Source: Callorhinchus milii
Lineage: Eukaryota
Reading direction: 5' to 3'
NCBI RefSeq assembly: GCF_018977255.1
Contig: NW_024704908.1
Span: 1-64,000, forward strand
Length of the DNA: 64,000 bases
This document shows positions 60,672 to 64,000 of this stretch, in pieces. The notes beneath the pieces are model-generated. The model was not told the DNA's origin. It worked only from the letters and a program-made list of their open reading frames with translations, and searched no databases. The position numbers and the translations under genes were made by a program. Each line of letters starts with the position of its first letter. The stretch's first letter is position 1.

Positions 60672-62171
60672 TCAGGAATCCTCTTTTTCCTGGTATCTAA
60701 AGGAAAGAGAAACCAGTCGGTCACAACAAAACGCCAGGTAACAACTGCCAGTCTGTGTCTTTAACACACTCTGCACAAGGCACAGTACAGTGTAACTGAC
60801 TTTATATTTGATGGTTTATGATGGTAAATGACTGTATGACTAAGTGCTCTGAGACGCTCCCCTGTGTGGAGGGCACTATATAAGTTGTTCAACACAGTAT
60901 GACTGTATATATGACTATAGATTCTCTTCGACCGTGCCTTCAGCTCCCCTCTCGATTCTTTACCCACTCCTCGCTCCCTACCCTCACCCTGACCATTTCC
61001 CCCCTCCTCGCTCCCTCCCTTCCCTCCCCTCACTCTGACCATTTCCCCCATACTCGGGTCCCGAGTATGCTGTCCAGTGCCTTGGGACGTCCTCCCGACG
61101 TGAAAGGCGCTCTATAAATGAAATCTTGATGTTGTTGTTGATGACTCTATAGATGACTGTATGACAGTGTATGATGGTATGACTGTGTATATGGTTACAT
61201 GAATGTACACACCTGCAGTTTGTGCATGTATAGAAGACAGTTTGTCCTTCATCTGCTGATCGCGTCTGGCGTGTGTGATACTCCATCCCCTCGTGTCCAC
61301 AGCGCTGGCACTTCCTGTCCACCTGTAACAGCAGATCACAGTCACCACGAGGGTTGTTACCCTTGTGCATGTGACTGTTATAATAATAATAATCCTGGCA
61401 TTTGATAAACTTGCCCAACATTTCGCCCGACTGGGAATCAAACCCGGGTCCTCTCGCTTGCGAGGCGAGTGCTCTATCCACTGAGCTGCAGGACTCCCAT
61501 GTGTTATTGGGGTATATGTGACTGTTACTGGGAGCAGAGCGGTTACCGGGGTGTAACAGTATTAGGGTATTTAATAATAATATAATGACTGTTTATTGGG
61601 GTACAGTCTCTTACTCACCACGGGGCCCCCCAGTTCCCCGCTGCCCAGATTCATATTCAGAGCCGCGGCTAAAACCTCAGGATTGTTGAAGTTCAATGTC
61701 GAGCGGATGATTTTCCCTTCATACTCTTGAGAGAAAGAGAGAGAGTGTCACACAGAGTGACAAAGGGGCACAGAGTGACGGTCACAGGCACAGAGAGAGA
61801 GAGAGTCAGAGACACAGAGAAACACAGCGACAACAACTGAGACATACAGTCAGACAGAGAAATAGAGATATAAACAATCACAGAAACAGAGAGAAAAACA
61901 GAGAGGGACACAGNNNNNNNNNNNNNNNNNNNNNNNNNNNNNNNNNNNNNNNNNNNNNNNNNNNNNNNNNNNNNNNNNNNNNNNNNNNNNNNNNNNNNNN
62001 NNNNNNNNNNNNNNNNNNNNNNNNNNNNNNNNNNNNNNNNNNNNNNNNNNNNNNNNNNTGACCCCTAATATCGGTGCTGTGACCACAGCGGCCACAGATG
62101 ATCCTCGGGGCGGCTCCAGGCGGCGGGAGAACAGCACCACAGTCACTACAGTAACCGCTCAGCCCCGCCAT
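60672..62171 (-). CDS. POLR1H: RNA polymerase I subunit RPA12 (ZNRD1)
   Basis: Exons 62171-62063 ([15 protein letters not shown]), 61725-61619, 61322-61213 ([36 protein letters not shown]) and 60696-60672 (YQEKEDS*). Minus-strand AATAAA at 60475-60480. Confidence 0.95.
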
Positions 62172-62184
62172 CACTGTCCACGAG

Positions 62185-62540
62185 GACCTCCAGCCCCGCC
62201 TCTGACCATCCAGCCCCGCCCTTAGTCCTCCAGCTCCGCCCTCAGTCCTCCAGCTCCGCCCTGGTCATCCAGCCCCGCCCTCAGTCCTCCAGTCCCGCCC
62301 CTAATCATCCAGCCCCGCCTCTGACCATCCAGTCCCGCCCTCAGTCCTCCAGCCCCGCCCCTGATCATCCAGCCCCGCCCCTGACCATCCAGCCCCGCCT
62401 CTGACCATCCAGTCCCGCCCTCAGTCCTCCAGCCCGCGCTCTGACCATCCAGCCCCGCCCCTGACCATCCAGCCCCGCCTCTGACCATCCAGCCCCGCCC
62501 TCAATCCTCCAGCCCCGCCCCTGGTCATCCAACCCCATCC
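62185..62540. repeat. 20-bp GC-box minisatellite (TCCAGCCCCGCCC...)
   Basis: About 17 copies immediately upstream of the POLR1H ATG exon. Confidence 0.9.
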
Positions 62541-62544
62541 TCAG

Positions 62545-63635
62545 AGAGGTCGGTGGTGCAGAGCAGTGCAGGGACTTGAATACGAGGGTCAGGATTTTGA
62601 AGTGGATCCTCTCTGGGACAGGAGCCATTGCAGTCTGGCCAGGACTGGGGGGATCAGGGGCGGGGGAGCGGGGTGGGGGGTGGGGGGAGGGCCAGGACTG
62701 GGGGGATCAGGGGTGGGGGGAGGGCCAGGACTGGGGGGATCAGGGGTGGGGGGGGGAGGGCCAGGACTGGGGGATCAGGTGGTGGGGGGGCCAGGACTGG
62801 GGGATCAGGGGTGGGGGTGGGGGGAGGGCCAGGACTGGGGGGATCAGGGGTGGTGGGGGGGGCCAGGACTGGGGGGATCAGGGTGGGGGGGTGGGGGGGA
62901 GGGCCAGGACTGGGGGATCAGGGGTGGTGGGGGGGGGGCCAGGACTGGGGGGATCAGGGGTGGTGGGGAGGGCCAGGACTGGGGGGATCAGGGGTGGGGG
63001 GAGGGCCAGGACTGGGGGGATCAGGGGGGGGGGGGAGGGCCAGGACTGGGGGGATCAGGGGTGGGGGGGGGAGGGCCAGGACTGGGGGGATCAGGGGCGG
63101 GGGTGGGAGGGCCAGGACTGGGGGATCAGGGGTGGGGGGGGAGGGCCAGGACTGGGGGAATCAGGGGTGGGGGGGGGGGGAGGGCCAGGACTGGGGGATC
63201 AGGGGTGGGGGGGAGGGCCAGGACTGGGGGAATCAGGGGTGGGGGGAGGGGGGAGGGCCAGGACTGGGGGATCAGGGGTGGGGGGGAGGGCCAGGACTGG
63301 GGGGATCGGGGAGCGGGGTGGGGGGGGAGGGCCAGGACTGGGAGGATCGGGGAGCGGGGTGGGGGAGGGCCAGGACTGGGGGGAGCGGGGTTTGGGGGGT
63401 GGGGGGAGGGCCAGGACTGGGGGGATCGGGAGCGGGGTTTGGGGGGTGGGGGGGAGGGCCAGGACTGGGGGATCGGGGAGCGGGGGTGGGGGGAGGGCCA
63501 GGACTGGGTATTGGCGGAGATGGGAGATGCGTCGGAGGTGGAAGAAAGTGGTGCTGGTGAGGGACTGGATGTGGGGGAGGAAGGACAATTGGGGGTCGAA
63601 ACTGACGCCGAGGTTGCATATGGGTTCGGAGAGTT
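62545..63635 (-). mobile_element. L2 LINE fragment with ~870-bp internal G-rich expansion (GGCCAGGACTGGGGGATCAGGGG)
   Basis: LSFLPHIQSLTSTTFFHLRRISHLR on one side and [24 protein letters not shown] on the other. Confidence 0.85.
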
Positions 63636-64000
63636 TTAGGTTTTAGAGTTTTAGGAGTTTTAGAGGTTTAGTTTTCTCTCTTGCAGATATAGATACACAG
63701 CGATATAGGACACACACACACAGACAGACAGACAGAGACACACAGACAGACAGAGACAGAGACACAGACAGACAGACAGACGGAGACACACACAGACAGA
63801 GACACAGACAGACAGACGGAGACACACTCACAGAGACACAGACAGACACAGACAGACACACAGATAGACAGAGACACACAGACAGACAGATAGACAGAGA
63901 CAGAGACACAGACAGACAGGCAGACAGACGGAGACACACACAGACAGAGACACAGACAGACACAGACAGACAGACACACAGATAGACAGACACACACAGA

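Noticed and set aside
63634-63672. Telomere-like TTTTAGG/TTTTAGAG run
   Set aside because: Short, degenerate and not TTAGGG.

Overview
Vertebrate genomic DNA that is GC-rich, gene-dense and full of micro/minisatellites, with many N gaps. The repeat content (L2 and CR1 LINE fragments, tRNA-Ala-headed and Deu-domain SINEs) points to a cartilaginous fish, plausibly a chimaera; this is inferred, not proven. I assembled the following genes by hand from GT-AG exons: the 3' end of a gene made of 27/27/36-nt phase-1 micro-exons (butyrophilin/BG-like architecture); a secreted two-domain C-type lectin with a mucin stalk; an RBM4-family gene; PPP1R11; VARS2; MGAT1 (single coding exon); and POLR1H/ZNRD1. 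This looks like an MHC-type neighbourhood, joining human 6p21-22 genes to 5q35.3 MGAT1. Two rearrangements are visible. The 3' half of VARS2 (43407-52060) is inverted between 10-bp inverted repeats, and there is an A-B-A(inverted)-gap-B duplication around RBM4/PPP1R11. Both may well be assembly artefacts. A recurring pattern is that intronic tandem repeats are built from copies of the adjacent splice site. There is no CRISPR, rRNA or genuine tRNA gene.
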